NCBI GenBank assembly: GCA_029246685.1
Contig: JAQWMR010000004.1
Location: 84,841 to 148,840, forward strand
Length of the DNA stretch: 64,000 nucleotides
Direction: 5' to 3'
Source: Acidimicrobiales bacterium
GTDB lineage: Bacteria; Actinomycetota; Acidimicrobiia; Acidimicrobiales; Aldehydirespiratoraceae
Below the pieces are notes generated by a model. It had not been told where the DNA came from. It searched no databases and worked only from the letters and a program-made list of their open reading frames with translations. The position numbers and the translations under genes are program-made. Shown piece by piece: positions 37,124 through 46,793 of this stretch; the first letter of the stretch is position 1, and every line of letters begins with the position of its first letter.

Positions 37124-38155
37124 TCACGGTCGACGGCGAGCGACGGCATCGAGCTGAGGCTCCATACGGAGGGTGTCAGCCGCGTCCACGCCTGTTCCGG
37201 GCGCCACCAACCCATCGAGCGCGTCGAGCATGTCGGCGTCGAGATGGACGTTGGCCGACGCCAGGGCGTCGTCCAACTGCTCCGGCGTGCGAGGGCCGAT
37301 GATGACCGACGACACGGCCGGATGCTCAGCGGCCCACGCGTGGGCGACGTGCGACATCGGCAGGCCCGCGGCATCGCAGAGTTCGCTGAAGCGGTCCAGA
37401 AGGTCGAACTTCCGCTGGTTCTCCGAACGTTCGAGATCCCAGCGGTCGCCGCGGTCTCCCATACGGTCGCCACGCGAGCCGTCCGGAATGCCATCGTCGC
37501 GGGTGTATTTGCCGGTGAGCCAGCCGCTGTTGAGCGGGCCGTACGTCATCACGCCGATCCCGAGCCGCTGGCACGCGGGCAGGACATCGCTCTCGATCGA
37601 GCGCGCGAAGAGGTTGTAGAGCACCTGTTCGGACCGGATGCGGACGTGGCCCCGGGCGTCCGAGATGTGGCGGGCTTCGACGATCCACTCGGCCGGGGTC
37701 GCGGACATCCCCGCGTAGCGGATCTTGCCGTCCCGCTGGAGTTGGCCGAGCGCGGACAGCGACTCGTCGAGATCGAGCGTGTGGTCGCGCCGGTGGAGTT
37801 GGTAGAGATCGATGTAGTCGGTGTCGAGTCGACGGAGGCTGTCCTCGACCGCCTTGATCAACCAGCGCCGCGAACCTCCTTGGTGATTCGGATCTCGGCT
37901 CATCGGGATGTACGCCTTGGTGGCCAGGACCACGTCGTCGCGCCGGCCGGCGAGCGCCTTGCCGACGATCTCTTCGCTGACGCCGCGGCTGTAGGCATCG
38001 GCCGTGTCGACGAAGTTCACGCCGCCGTCAAGCGCGGTGTGGAGCATCCCGATGCACTCGGCTTCATCGGTGTTCCCCATCGGGCCGAACATCATGGCGC
38101 CGAAGCAGTACTTCGAAACGCTGACGCCGGTTTGGCCGTAGTGACGAGTTTCCAT
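37124..38155 (-). CDS. Aldo/keto reductase
   Basis: FVDTADAYSRGVSEE, IDLYQLHRRD; 343 aa. Confidence 0.9.
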   Translation of the reverse strand: METRHYGQTGVSVSKYCFGAMMFGPMGNTDEAECIGMLHTALDGGVNFVDTADAYSRGVSEEIVGKALAGRRDDVVLATKAYIPMSRDPNHQGGSRRWLIKAVEDSLRRLDTDYIDLYQLHRRDHTLDLDESLSALGQLQRDGKIRYAGMSATPAEWIVEARHISDARGHVRIRSEQVLYNLFARSIESDVLPACQRLGIGVMTYGPLNSGWLTGKYTRDDGIPDGSRGDRMGDRGDRWDLERSENQRKFDLLDRFSELCDAAGLPMSHVAHAWAAEHPAVSSVIIGPRTPEQLDDALASANVHLDADMLDALDGLVAPGTGVDAADTLRMEPQLDAVARRRP

Positions 38156-38180
38156 GCTGCGACCCTAGGCAGCCGTGGCG

Positions 38181-39119
38181 TCAGCCGACCAGAGCGAGTA
38201 GGCCGTCATCGTTCCACTGGTATTCGAAGTAGAACCACTTCTTCTTCGCCGACCCGGTCTCGATCTTGAACGCGGCGATCAATCGCTCGCCGTCGGTCTT
38301 CAGATAGATTGAGCCCCAGACCGAGACGTTCGTTCGGCCGAGCCGCTCGATCTCGTCGGCGAGTTCCTGCCCGAGAGCGGGGTCGGGCGTGTCGCTCTCG
38401 GCCGCCTTCTTCACCTTGCGCATCAGCTTCTCGACCGTCTCCTTGTCCTCCCGCTCCCGGGTTGAGCGCTGGAGCTCGGTTGACAGAATCAGCGGCTTCT
38501 TGCCGCGACCGAACGTGCCGAAGCGTCCGAGCATGTCAAGCCGAGGATGGATGTTGCTGTCCTCGTCGGACGAGATCACGAACGTCGCGGCATTGACGGC
38601 CCGGAGGAACGCATCCGTCACTTTCTCGGACCCGTGGTGACACGCCTTCATGACGTCGGAACGGAAGGTCTTCGACGCGTCGGCGATCATGTCCTCGTAC
38701 ATCTGGCTTCCCTCCTTCGGGTACTCGTCGAGGCCCGTGTAGTGGCTGAGGAGGAACTTCTCGGCCCGGTCGTTCAGATCGCCGCCGAACAGCACCTTGA
38801 ACCGGCCGATCGTGAGCTTCATCAGCGCTGAGTGGCCGTTTTTGGTCTCGCCGTAGCTCCCGAGCTTTCGGAGACGAGGCACGCCGGCCTTCGACTCGAC
38901 GACGGGGCCAAGGATCTCGATCGTGTAGCCCCGCTCGTCGTCCGGGCCCGAACTCACACCGGAGACCTTCCAGATCGGCGCCGAGTCACTCGGCCCGATC
39001 GAGCTCCCGTTCAACAATGACGCGTCGATCGAGCCCGGGAAGTGGGATGCCGGCAACACCTTGCGCCTCGCCCGCTTCGACCCCGATCGCGGCGCAAACG
39101 GCGGCGCTGAGCCGATCAC
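38181..39119 (-). CDS. MBL-fold (ComEC/Rec2-type beta-lactamase domain) protein lacking the N-terminal HxHxDH half; possible 5'-truncated remnant
   Basis: NGHSALMKLTIGRFKVLFGGDLN, DVMKACHHGSE and SSDEDSNIHP match the distal half of ComEC-type MBL domains. No HxHxDH motif lies upstream, and only 25 nt separate it from the preceding gene. Confidence 0.55.
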   Translation of the reverse strand: MIGSAPPFAPRSGSKRARRKVLPASHFPGSIDASLLNGSSIGPSDSAPIWKVSGVSSGPDDERGYTIEILGPVVESKAGVPRLRKLGSYGETKNGHSALMKLTIGRFKVLFGGDLNDRAEKFLLSHYTGLDEYPKEGSQMYEDMIADASKTFRSDVMKACHHGSEKVTDAFLRAVNAATFVISSDEDSNIHPRLDMLGRFGTFGRGKKPLILSTELQRSTREREDKETVEKLMRKVKKAAESDTPDPALGQELADEIERLGRTNVSVWGSIYLKTDGERLIAAFKIETGSAKKKWFYFEYQWNDDGLLALVG

Positions 39120-39144
39120 CGATCTCGTGACGGTGGACTGACGG

Positions 39145-40632
39145 CTACGCCCGGCTCGGGATCTGGGCTCGAGTGAACTGCATGACCCCGTCGTCGAGCG
39201 GCCCCTCGCGGAATAGCTTCTTGTCCTCGCTGTAGCGCTGCGTATTCAGCCACGGCTCGCGGTCGCCCTGCTTGGGGAGCATCGGCATCATCCGTGTCAT
39301 GTAGCCGGACGAGAAGTCGTCGATGAACGGTCGCCTTGGCATGTCGCCGTCGGTTGCCCGCAACATCGGCACACACATGTCGGTACCGGTCGCCTGCATG
39401 TGATTGACCAGACGGCACACATACTCACACGTGAGATCGGCGCGGAGAGTCCACGAGGCGTTGATGTAGCCGAAGCTCGAGACGAGGTTGGGCACGTCGG
39501 AGTAGGCGAGGCCCTTGTAACTCCAGGTCTCGGCGAAGTCGATCTTCTCGCCGTCGACCTCGAAGTCGGCCTCGCCGAGCGTGACGAGCTGCAGGCCGGT
39601 GGCCGTGATGATGATGTCGGCATCGAGGTGCTCGCCGGATGCGAGCTGGATGCCGGTCTCGGTGAAGGTCTCGATCGTGTCGGTCACCACGCTGGAGGTG
39701 CCGGCTCGCAGCGACTCGAAGAGATCGCCGTCGGGCACGAGACACATACGCTGATCCCACGGGTTGTAGCTCGGCGTGAAGTGGGTGTCGACGTCGTAGT
39801 CCTCGCCGAGTTCCTTTCGGACCTGCTGCAGGAGCCGCTTCTTGATGCGGTCGGGACGGGTTCGCGTCTGCTTGTAGAAGAACTCGGTCATGCCGGAGTT
39901 CTTCTTGCGGGTCAGGGCGTAGGCCGCCTTCTCGGGGAGGAACTTCTTCAGGACCTTGTTGATGGGGTCGACCGACGGAGCCGACACGACATACGTGGGG
40001 GAGCGCTGGAGCATCGTCACGTGGGCCGCGGTGTCGGCCATCGCAGGAACGAGCGTGACCGCCGTGGCCCCGGAGCCGATGATCACGACCTTCTTGTCCG
40101 AGTAGTCGAGATCCTCCGGCCACCGCTGCGGGTGGATCACCGCGCCCTGGAACCGGCCTCGGCCCGCGAACTCGGGCTCGTAGCCGCCCTTGTAGGAGTA
40201 GTAGCCGCTGCACATGAAGAGAAAGTTGCCCGTGACCGTGCGGGTCTCACCGGTTTCGGGGTTGTCGGTGGTGAGCGTCCAGCGGGCGTCAGCGCTCGAC
40301 CATTCGGCGTTCGTCATGAGCTGGTTGAATTGGATGTGGGGCTCGATGCCGTTCTCGGCAACCGTCTCGCGGAGGTACGACATGATGGATGGGCCGTCGG
40401 CGATGGACTTCTCCGCAAGCCACGGCTTGAAGCCGTAGCCGAGCGTGTGCATGTCGCTGTCGGAGCGGATGCCGGGATAGCGGAACAGGTTCCAGGTGCC
40501 GCCGATGTCGCCTCGACCTTCGAGAATGGTGAACGTGCGATCGGGGCTCAGCGTCTTCAGGTGGTAGGCGGCGCCGATACCGGAGATCCCGGCGCCGACG
40601 ATGACGACATCGAAGTGTTCGGTCGAAGACAT
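39145..40632 (-). CDS. EthA-like flavin-containing/Baeyer-Villiger monooxygenase
   Basis: ATG 40632; FDVVIVGAGISGI, GGTWNLFRYPGIRSDSD, VVIIGSGATA. Confidence 0.9.
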   Translation of the reverse strand: MSSTEHFDVVIVGAGISGIGAAYHLKTLSPDRTFTILEGRGDIGGTWNLFRYPGIRSDSDMHTLGYGFKPWLAEKSIADGPSIMSYLRETVAENGIEPHIQFNQLMTNAEWSSADARWTLTTDNPETGETRTVTGNFLFMCSGYYSYKGGYEPEFAGRGRFQGAVIHPQRWPEDLDYSDKKVVIIGSGATAVTLVPAMADTAAHVTMLQRSPTYVVSAPSVDPINKVLKKFLPEKAAYALTRKKNSGMTEFFYKQTRTRPDRIKKRLLQQVRKELGEDYDVDTHFTPSYNPWDQRMCLVPDGDLFESLRAGTSSVVTDTIETFTETGIQLASGEHLDADIIITATGLQLVTLGEADFEVDGEKIDFAETWSYKGLAYSDVPNLVSSFGYINASWTLRADLTCEYVCRLVNHMQATGTDMCVPMLRATDGDMPRRPFIDDFSSGYMTRMMPMLPKQGDREPWLNTQRYSEDKKLFREGPLDDGVMQFTRAQIPSRA

Positions 40633-40681
40633 CCCGAGAGTCTGCCAGCCACCGGTGAGCATGGCGAAGCAAGCAGTGTCG

Positions 40682-41185
40682 TCAGCCGCCGCCGATGTCG
40701 ACGTTGTAGGCCTCGTAGACGAGGTTCGCGCCCCTTTGGCGGTGCCGTGAGATCGCGCGCAGCGCGTCGACGGTTGCTTCCCGAATCTGTTCGACCAGCA
40801 GCGCATCGCACTCGCCGTCGCACCCGCGCACGAGCGCAGAGGTGGCCTCGAGATCTGCGGTGATCGAGATGTGTTCGTGCTCCATCCGCCGCACGCCGTT
40901 GGCGACGCGCGGTGTGTCGTGGATCAGCCGGGGAAGGAGTCTGTCCTCGGACTCGACTTCGTCGACGTGCGCGGCGAACGCGTACTGCAGACCCTGAAGC
41001 GAGTCCGCGACCCGCATCGTCCACTGCGGATCCGAACCCGGTCGGGCGAGAATCTCCTCGATCAGGTCGGCGGCATCCCCGAGCGCCGTGCGGCGGACGC
41101 GGGCTTGGTCGAGGGCCTCATTGGTCGTCGTCAGATCGATCTCTGGCGTGTTCTCTTCGTTGTCATGGCGCGACTTCAGCGACAT
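40682..41185 (-). CDS. Hemerythrin-like (HHE cation-binding) protein, tentative
   Basis: Helical, His/Glu-rich (AHVDEVESEDRLLPRL, MEHEHISI); divergent from the CBS gene. Confidence 0.4.
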   Translation of the reverse strand: MSLKSRHDNEENTPEIDLTTTNEALDQARVRRTALGDAADLIEEILARPGSDPQWTMRVADSLQGLQYAFAAHVDEVESEDRLLPRLIHDTPRVANGVRRMEHEHISITADLEATSALVRGCDGECDALLVEQIREATVDALRAISRHRQRGANLVYEAYNVDIGGG

Positions 41186-41213
41186 CGAACGTGACGTCTG
41201 TCACGCTCTAGGC

Positions 41214-41636
41214 ATGTTGATCAGCGAGGTGCTCCGCAAGAAGGGCTCGGAGGTCGCGACTGTGGCCCCCGAGACCACGATCGAGGCAGTCGTCGAATCG
41301 CGCGCGCAGTTCGGTGTGGGCGCGCTCGTCGTGTTGATCGACGGCAGTTCGGTCGACGGGATCATCTCGGAACGCGACATCGTCCGCGCCCTCGCGACCG
41401 ACGGCGCGAGCACGCTCGCGAAGACTGCCGCCGACCTGATGACAGCCGAGGTGGTGAGCTGTGCAGAGGACGCGACCATCGAGCAGCTCATGGCAGAGAT
41501 GACGGAGCGCCGCATCCGCCACGTTCCGGTCACGACCGACGGCCAACTGGTCGGCATCGGCGACGTCGTGAACGCGCGCGTTCACAACCTCGAGATCGCC
41601 ACCGAAAGCCTGACCAACTACATCTCCGGCTACTAG
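41214..41636 (+). CDS. CBS-domain pair protein
   Basis: Two CBS repeats (GIISERDIVRAL; RHVPVTTDGQLVGIGDVV); 140 aa. Confidence 0.85.
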   Translation: MLISEVLRKKGSEVATVAPETTIEAVVESRAQFGVGALVVLIDGSSVDGIISERDIVRALATDGASTLAKTAADLMTAEVVSCAEDATIEQLMAEMTERRIRHVPVTTDGQLVGIGDVVNARVHNLEIATESLTNYISGY

Positions 41637-41638
41637 TT

Positions 41639-41669
41639 CTGTCACGGGGGGTCTGACCCCGCGTAACAG
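41639..41669. repeat. REP-like palindromic element, degenerate copy; probable bidirectional terminator
   Basis: CTGTCACGGGGGGTC-T-GACCCCGCGTAACAG lies between convergent stops (41636 and 41675); it shares its core with the elements at 58221 and 59148. Confidence 0.7.
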
Positions 41670-41674
41670 AAGCG

Positions 41675-42958
41675 TCAGCGCATTCGGCGTTCGACGTATT
41701 CGGCCCAGCCGTCGGCCATCTTCAGGAGCTCCGGGTCAGAGTCGAGCAAGGGCTGGAACTTCTCGCGAGCCAGGCGCCGCTTCTCCGGGATGTACTCGGT
41801 CGGCCAGTGCCCCTCGTGGGGCTCGTAGCCCTTGAGCACGTTGCGGGCGACGGTGGCCTTGTGGACTTCGTCGACGCCGTCGGCGATTCCCATCGTCGGC
41901 GCGGCCGAATACATGTCCTGCAACGGCGTCAGGCTGGTGGTGCCGAGTGAACCAAGGATGTGCAGCGCGTTGAACGAGACGTCGCGCAGCGTCTTGGCCA
42001 TCGTGAACTTCACCGCGGCGATGTCGGTGCGGGTCTCCTGGGTGGACGAGTTGTCGATCTTCCAGGCGGTCTCCAGGACGAACAGTCGCAGCATGCGGAT
42101 CTGCGCATAGCTGTCGGCGATCTTCTCCTGCACCATCTGGTGTTCGCCGATGATCTTGCCGTGCGACTCGCGACTGAGGGCTCGCTCGCACATCATGTCG
42201 AAGGCCAGCTTGCAGTTCGAGATGGTGCGCATCGCGTGGTGAATCCGCCCGCCGCCGAGCCGCCGTTGGGCCAGCACCTTGGCGCCGTCCTCCGGTCCGA
42301 GCAGATGATCGGCCGGGATCCGGACTTCGTTGTAGATGATGTGGTTGTGGTTCCGTGGGTAGGGCTGGATCTCGACGCCGGGGGTCCTGCGGGGCACCAC
42401 GAACATGCCGTTGGTGCACATGACGAACAAGATGTCGGCGATGCGTCCGGCGCTCGTGAACCACTTCTCGCCATTGATGACCCACTCGTCTCCGTCGCGC
42501 GTCGCGTGGGTTGTGAACAGGTTCGGGTCGGAGCCGCCCTGGGGCTCCGTCATCGAATACGCCGACCACATCTCCTGGTTGAGCATCGGCGTCAGCCAGC
42601 GCTCCTTCTGTTCGTCCGTACCGTACGCCGCGAGGAGTTCCATGTTGCCGGTGTCGGGCGCAGCGCAGCCGAAGAACTGCGGAGCGCTGCCATAGCGACC
42701 GAGGATCTCGTTGAGCAGGCCGAGCTTCAGCTGGCCGAAACCGGGACCGCCGAGCTCCTCATCGAGAAAGAGCGCCCAGAGACCCTGTGCCTTGATCTGG
42801 TCCTGGAGATCGGTGACCATCGCCTTGATCTTCGGATCCGGGTTGCGGACCGCATACGGGAAGACCATGTCCAGCGGCTCGATCTCCGTCTTGCAGAAGT
42901 TCTCGACCCAGTTGAGCTTCTCCTGGAATTCGGGTTCGGTCGAGAAGTCCCAAGCCAT
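41675..42958 (-). CDS. Acyl-CoA dehydrogenase family protein
   Basis: YSMTEPQGGSDP, INGEKWFTS, C-terminal ADGVDEVHK; 427 aa. Confidence 0.9.
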   Translation of the reverse strand: MAWDFSTEPEFQEKLNWVENFCKTEIEPLDMVFPYAVRNPDPKIKAMVTDLQDQIKAQGLWALFLDEELGGPGFGQLKLGLLNEILGRYGSAPQFFGCAAPDTGNMELLAAYGTDEQKERWLTPMLNQEMWSAYSMTEPQGGSDPNLFTTHATRDGDEWVINGEKWFTSAGRIADILFVMCTNGMFVVPRRTPGVEIQPYPRNHNHIIYNEVRIPADHLLGPEDGAKVLAQRRLGGGRIHHAMRTISNCKLAFDMMCERALSRESHGKIIGEHQMVQEKIADSYAQIRMLRLFVLETAWKIDNSSTQETRTDIAAVKFTMAKTLRDVSFNALHILGSLGTTSLTPLQDMYSAAPTMGIADGVDEVHKATVARNVLKGYEPHEGHWPTEYIPEKRRLAREKFQPLLDSDPELLKMADGWAEYVERRMR

Positions 42959-43029
42959 CGTGTGTCTCCATTGCTAAGTCGAGCAGCACCAAGGTCTAGC
43001 GCTCCGACGGCCGGGACGGCGAACGGGGC

Positions 43030-43776
43030 TCAGCTCGCCCAGACGTCGCTGCGCAGCAGTCGCGCCCACCGGTTCGACGGAAGGTCGGGCCGCAGCGAGG
43101 CGAGCCCGGTGCCGTATTTGCTGACCTTCGCCGGCCGGATGCGGTTGCGCCACAGCAGGCGGTCGACCTCGCTCGCGCGGTCAGTCGTCTTCGTCTCGAC
43201 GATTGCCGGCCGCAAGACCCGCTGCGCGCCGTTGACCGGAAGGCTGAACGCCACCTCGCGGTCGATCGTGAGTCAAGCGACGTCGCCGACCAACAGGGTG
43301 CTGCGGCCGAAGCGGGTCGTGAGCTTCTCGCCGAGGTCGCTGGACGCCACCTCCTCGCCGAGGATGCCGGCCACGATCTCGCGCTCATCGTCGCCGAAGC
43401 GGTGATCGTCGCCCTCGTACTCGAAGCGATGCTTCACGGTGATGCCGCGCCGGCTGCGCTGCTTCACCTCGAGCCAGTTTCGCCCGCTGTCCACGTAGCG
43501 CCGCGTCCGGATCTTGTGACGGAAGGGTCGGCGTCGTGCGGTGTCGAGGAAGCTCCGGAGCTCGGGGGAGTCGTAGTACATCGTGTCGTACGCGAACTCC
43601 CGACGACCGTCGATCTCCAGCGCTCGACACAGCGGGCCGACGGCTTCGAGCACGCTCGGCAGCACCTCGAGGGGCACCAGGTACTTCCGGTCGCGCCGCG
43701 TCGTGAGCTCCGCTCGGTCGTTCAGCTCATCGAGGCTGACCGGCGCGAGCTGCTCGACCGCGGCGAGCGCAGTCAC
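43030..43776 (-). pseudogene. VTC-domain (polyphosphate-polymerase-domain) gene with an in-frame TGA
   Basis: GTG 43776 overlaps the DUF4956 stop (GTGA); RRDRKYLVP...; ...STLLVGDVA then TGA 43275..43273; LTIDREV...IVETKT...AKVSKYG continues in the same frame to 43030. As I recall the family consensus, Arg occupies the stop position (R-[LV]-T-[IF]-D). Confidence 0.75.
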
Positions 43777-44468
43777 GACTTCTTCGACCGCCGGAGAGAC
43801 AAACGGCGCTTTTGGCGGGCGGGAACGGTAGGCGTGGCGAGGCGACACCGGACCTCGGCGACCGTCGTGTCGTTGACGAGATCGGTGCGGCGGATCTTCA
43901 CCGAGTGGATTGACGCGCCGAGGATCTCCTCGGCTCGCGCAATCAGGACGTCCTCGTGAGGAATCGCCTGGTCGATCGTGAGCACCTGGCGCCGGTAGCC
44001 GTTGAACATGCGGGGGTGATCGAAGATGTACATGAGGGCGACCAGCGCCACCGTCAACGCTGGTCCCAACCAGTCGTCGGCGATCTCGAGACCGCCGAGC
44101 AGCCCGAGTGACAATGCCTTGAAGTAGTAGGCGATCTCGGACTGATCGAGCTCCGCGGACCGGAGGCGAATGATGGAGAGAACGCCGAACAGGCCGAGGC
44201 CGAGCCCGAAGCTGACCTGGACACTGGACAGCGCCTGGGAAACGGCCAGGACGCCAGCGTTGAGCGCAATGTAGGCAAGCGCGAGATCGCGTCGTCGATA
44301 GCGGGGGAAGTAGATGAACACGACCAGAACGAAGATCGCGATGCCATCGACGATGAACGGAATGGAACTGTGCACGAAACTCTTTTTGGGCTGCCACCAG
44401 CGCGAACCGAGGTTGAACGGTGGCTGAACACCGCTCTGGGTTAGGAACGCGGACCTGTCAGACAGCAC
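43773..44468 (-). CDS. DUF4956-domain membrane protein (usual VTC partner)
   Basis: FGLGLGLFGVLSIIRLRSAELDQSEIAYYF core. Start is uncertain (GTG 44468 or GTG 44375; no in-frame ATG). Confidence 0.75.
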   Translation of the reverse strand: MLSDRSAFLTQSGVQPPFNLGSRWWQPKKSFVHSSIPFIVDGIAIFVLVVFIYFPRYRRRDLALAYIALNAGVLAVSQALSSVQVSFGLGLGLFGVLSIIRLRSAELDQSEIAYYFKALSLGLLGGLEIADDWLGPALTVALVALMYIFDHPRMFNGYRRQVLTIDQAIPHEDVLIARAEEILGASIHSVKIRRTDLVNDTTVAEVRCRLATPTVPARQKRRLSLRRSKKS

Positions 44469-44552
44469 CGATGCATCGGTCAGCTCGACGAGTATTCGGG
44501 GGCTGGCCGTCGTCGGCTGGCCCCGTCGCCGTACGCGAGCGACGATGAGGTC

Positions 44553-45545
44553 ATGACGACACCAGCAATCTCGATCGGCCTTCCGCCCAGCCCCGACGCG
44601 CCGGATCTCGCCGCGCTCGCTGAGGAGCTCGGCTTCGAGCGGCTGTGGCTCTATGACTCCGCCGCGCTCTATGAGGACATCTGGATCCATCTCGGCCTCA
44701 TAGCCGAGCGCACATCAATAATCGGTCTCGGCACGGCGGTGATCGTGCCGAACCTTCGCCACGTCATGACCACCGCATCGGCTGTCGCGACGGTCGCCCG
44801 CCTTGCTCCGGGTCGTCTTCAGGTCGCGATCGGAACCGGCTTCACGGCCCGAATGGTGCTGAACAAGGGGGCGCTGTCCTGGGCGACCACGGAGACGTAT
44901 GTGCGGCAGCTCCGCGGTCTACTCGCGGGTGAGGTCGTGGAGATCGCAGGCGAGCAATGCCAGATGAACCACCATCCGGCGATGAGCGATCCGCGGCCGA
45001 TCGACGTTCCGCTCATCCTCTCCGCGCTCGGTCCGAAGGGCCAGGCGATCGCCGCGGAGATCGCGGACGGCGTTATGCATGTCGCTCCGCCCGACGCGGC
45101 GACCGGTGGTCGCCACATCCACATGATCAACGGCACGGTGCTCGACGACGGAGAGGCGCAGGACTCGCCGCGTGTCGTGGATGCCGTCGGCCCCTGGGAG
45201 GTGCTCGGCTGGCACGGGGCCTGGCACATGGCCGGCGAAGAGATCGCGGCGATGCTTCCGGGTGGCGCAGACTGGGTCGAGCGAGTCAACACCGATCGTC
45301 CGGAGGGTGAACGCCATCTGGCGGTCCATGAGGGCCACTGCTCACACGTCACCGACCGGGACATGCCGCTGCTCGCCACGAAGGGGTCTGCAGAGGATCC
45401 GTGGAGTGGCTGGGTCGGCGAGGCCGCAGATATTCGCGCCCGAGTCGAGGCGGCCGGAGAGGCCGGTTCTACCGAGATTCTCTACACGCCTGCCGGCTCG
45501 GATCTCGAACGTGAGATCCGTGCGTTCGCCGCAGCGACCCTCTAG
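44553..45545 (+). CDS. LLM-class flavin/F420-dependent oxidoreductase
   Basis: LGFERLWLYDS, QVAIGTGF; 330 aa. Confidence 0.8.
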   Translation: MTTPAISIGLPPSPDAPDLAALAEELGFERLWLYDSAALYEDIWIHLGLIAERTSIIGLGTAVIVPNLRHVMTTASAVATVARLAPGRLQVAIGTGFTARMVLNKGALSWATTETYVRQLRGLLAGEVVEIAGEQCQMNHHPAMSDPRPIDVPLILSALGPKGQAIAAEIADGVMHVAPPDAATGGRHIHMINGTVLDDGEAQDSPRVVDAVGPWEVLGWHGAWHMAGEEIAAMLPGGADWVERVNTDRPEGERHLAVHEGHCSHVTDRDMPLLATKGSAEDPWSGWVGEAADIRARVEAAGEAGSTEILYTPAGSDLEREIRAFAAATL

Positions 45546-46756
45546 GTGAGGCAGCCGTAGACCACGTTGCGTAGCTCACGTCGCAGTGGGTACTGACTGC
45601 TCGGGACCTGCTGCGTCATCACCACGCAGATCACCTCTTCCTCAGGGTCGACCCAGAAGCCGGTGCTGGCTGCGCCGCCCCAGGCGAACTCGCCGTCACT
45701 CGCGATGATGCGGTTGGTGGGCGTGTCGACGAGGACGGAGAAGCCGAGGCCGAATCCCATCCCGGTCATCTGGGCCTCCGCGAAGGTCTGGGCGAGCCAC
45801 ATGTCTGCGACGGTCTTGCCATCTGGGAGGTGATTGCGCGTTGCCACCTGCAACGTCTTTCGACCGATGACCCGCTCGCCGTCGAGCTCACCGCCGTTCA
45901 GGAGGGCCTGGCAGAACCGGAGGTAGTCGTCGATCGTGCCGACCATGCCGCCTCCGCCGCCTTCGAATGTGGGCGGTGCCTTCCCGGGTGACGTCTCCGG
46001 GTCATCGATCAGGAACAGCTTCTCGTCGGGTGTCGCGGCGTAGTTCGCCGACAAGCGGTCGTGCTGGTGTTCTCGAACCCAGAAGGCCGTTTCCGTCATG
46101 CCGAGAGGGCCCGTGAGGTGCTCATCGAGATACGCACTCAACTGCTGACCGGACGCGACCTCGATGACGCGACCGCAGACATCGGTGGAAATCGAGTACT
46201 GCCAGTGGTCGCCGGGGGAGTACACGAGCGGGAGTTCGGCGAGAACGTCGCACACCTCCTCGAGCGTGCGAGTCTCGCGTCCGAAGACGCCGACGCCGTT
46301 GGCCGTGTAGATCGTGTCGACCGGGCCGGACTCCAGGAATCCGTAGGTGAGGCCGGAGGTGTGACGAAGGAGATCGACGACCTGCATCGGCCGGTCGACC
46401 GGCCGGGTGTCGAACGAGTCGGCATCGCCCGAGACATAGACCTCGGTGTCGGCGAAGGCCGGGATGTAGTCGCTCACCGGATCCTCGAGCTTGACGATTC
46501 CCCGCTCGACGAGTTGGAGCAGCCCGATCGACGTGATCGGCTTCGACATCGAGAACAGCCGGAAGACGGTGTCGTCCGCGACCGGGGTCGCGCGCTCCAT
46601 GTCCGCCATGCCGTAGACGTCGCGATAGACCTCCTCGCCGCGGCGATGAACAGCGACGACCGCACATGGCCACTTGCCCTCGTCCACGTAGCGGTGGGTG
46701 AGCTCGGCGATACGGGGCAAGCGGCGGGAGTCGAACCCGAGATCCTCTGGCGTCAT
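45542..46756 (-). CDS. Serine hydrolase (class-C beta-lactamase/esterase family)
   Basis: SxxK nucleophile motif FSMSKPITS; about 400 aa from ATG 46756. Confidence 0.85.
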   Translation of the reverse strand: MTPEDLGFDSRRLPRIAELTHRYVDEGKWPCAVVAVHRRGEEVYRDVYGMADMERATPVADDTVFRLFSMSKPITSIGLLQLVERGIVKLEDPVSDYIPAFADTEVYVSGDADSFDTRPVDRPMQVVDLLRHTSGLTYGFLESGPVDTIYTANGVGVFGRETRTLEEVCDVLAELPLVYSPGDHWQYSISTDVCGRVIEVASGQQLSAYLDEHLTGPLGMTETAFWVREHQHDRLSANYAATPDEKLFLIDDPETSPGKAPPTFEGGGGGMVGTIDDYLRFCQALLNGGELDGERVIGRKTLQVATRNHLPDGKTVADMWLAQTFAEAQMTGMGFGLGFSVLVDTPTNRIIASDGEFAWGGAASTGFWVDPEEEVICVVMTQQVPSSQYPLRRELRNVVYGCLT

Positions 46757-46793
46757 GTCGCGCACGATACCCCTAGGACGTAACCTGCCCGGC

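Noticed and set aside
38181-39119. The MBL-fragment region as a horizontally acquired low-GC islet
   Set aside because: The lower overall GC is explained by the Lys/Glu-rich composition. Third-codon positions remain strongly G/C, like the rest of the window.
43273-43275. The VTC in-frame TGA as a second selenocysteine codon
   Set aside because: The position corresponds to the recalled family-consensus Arg (R-L-T-I-D). There is no Cys-type redox context and only a weak 5-bp stem downstream.
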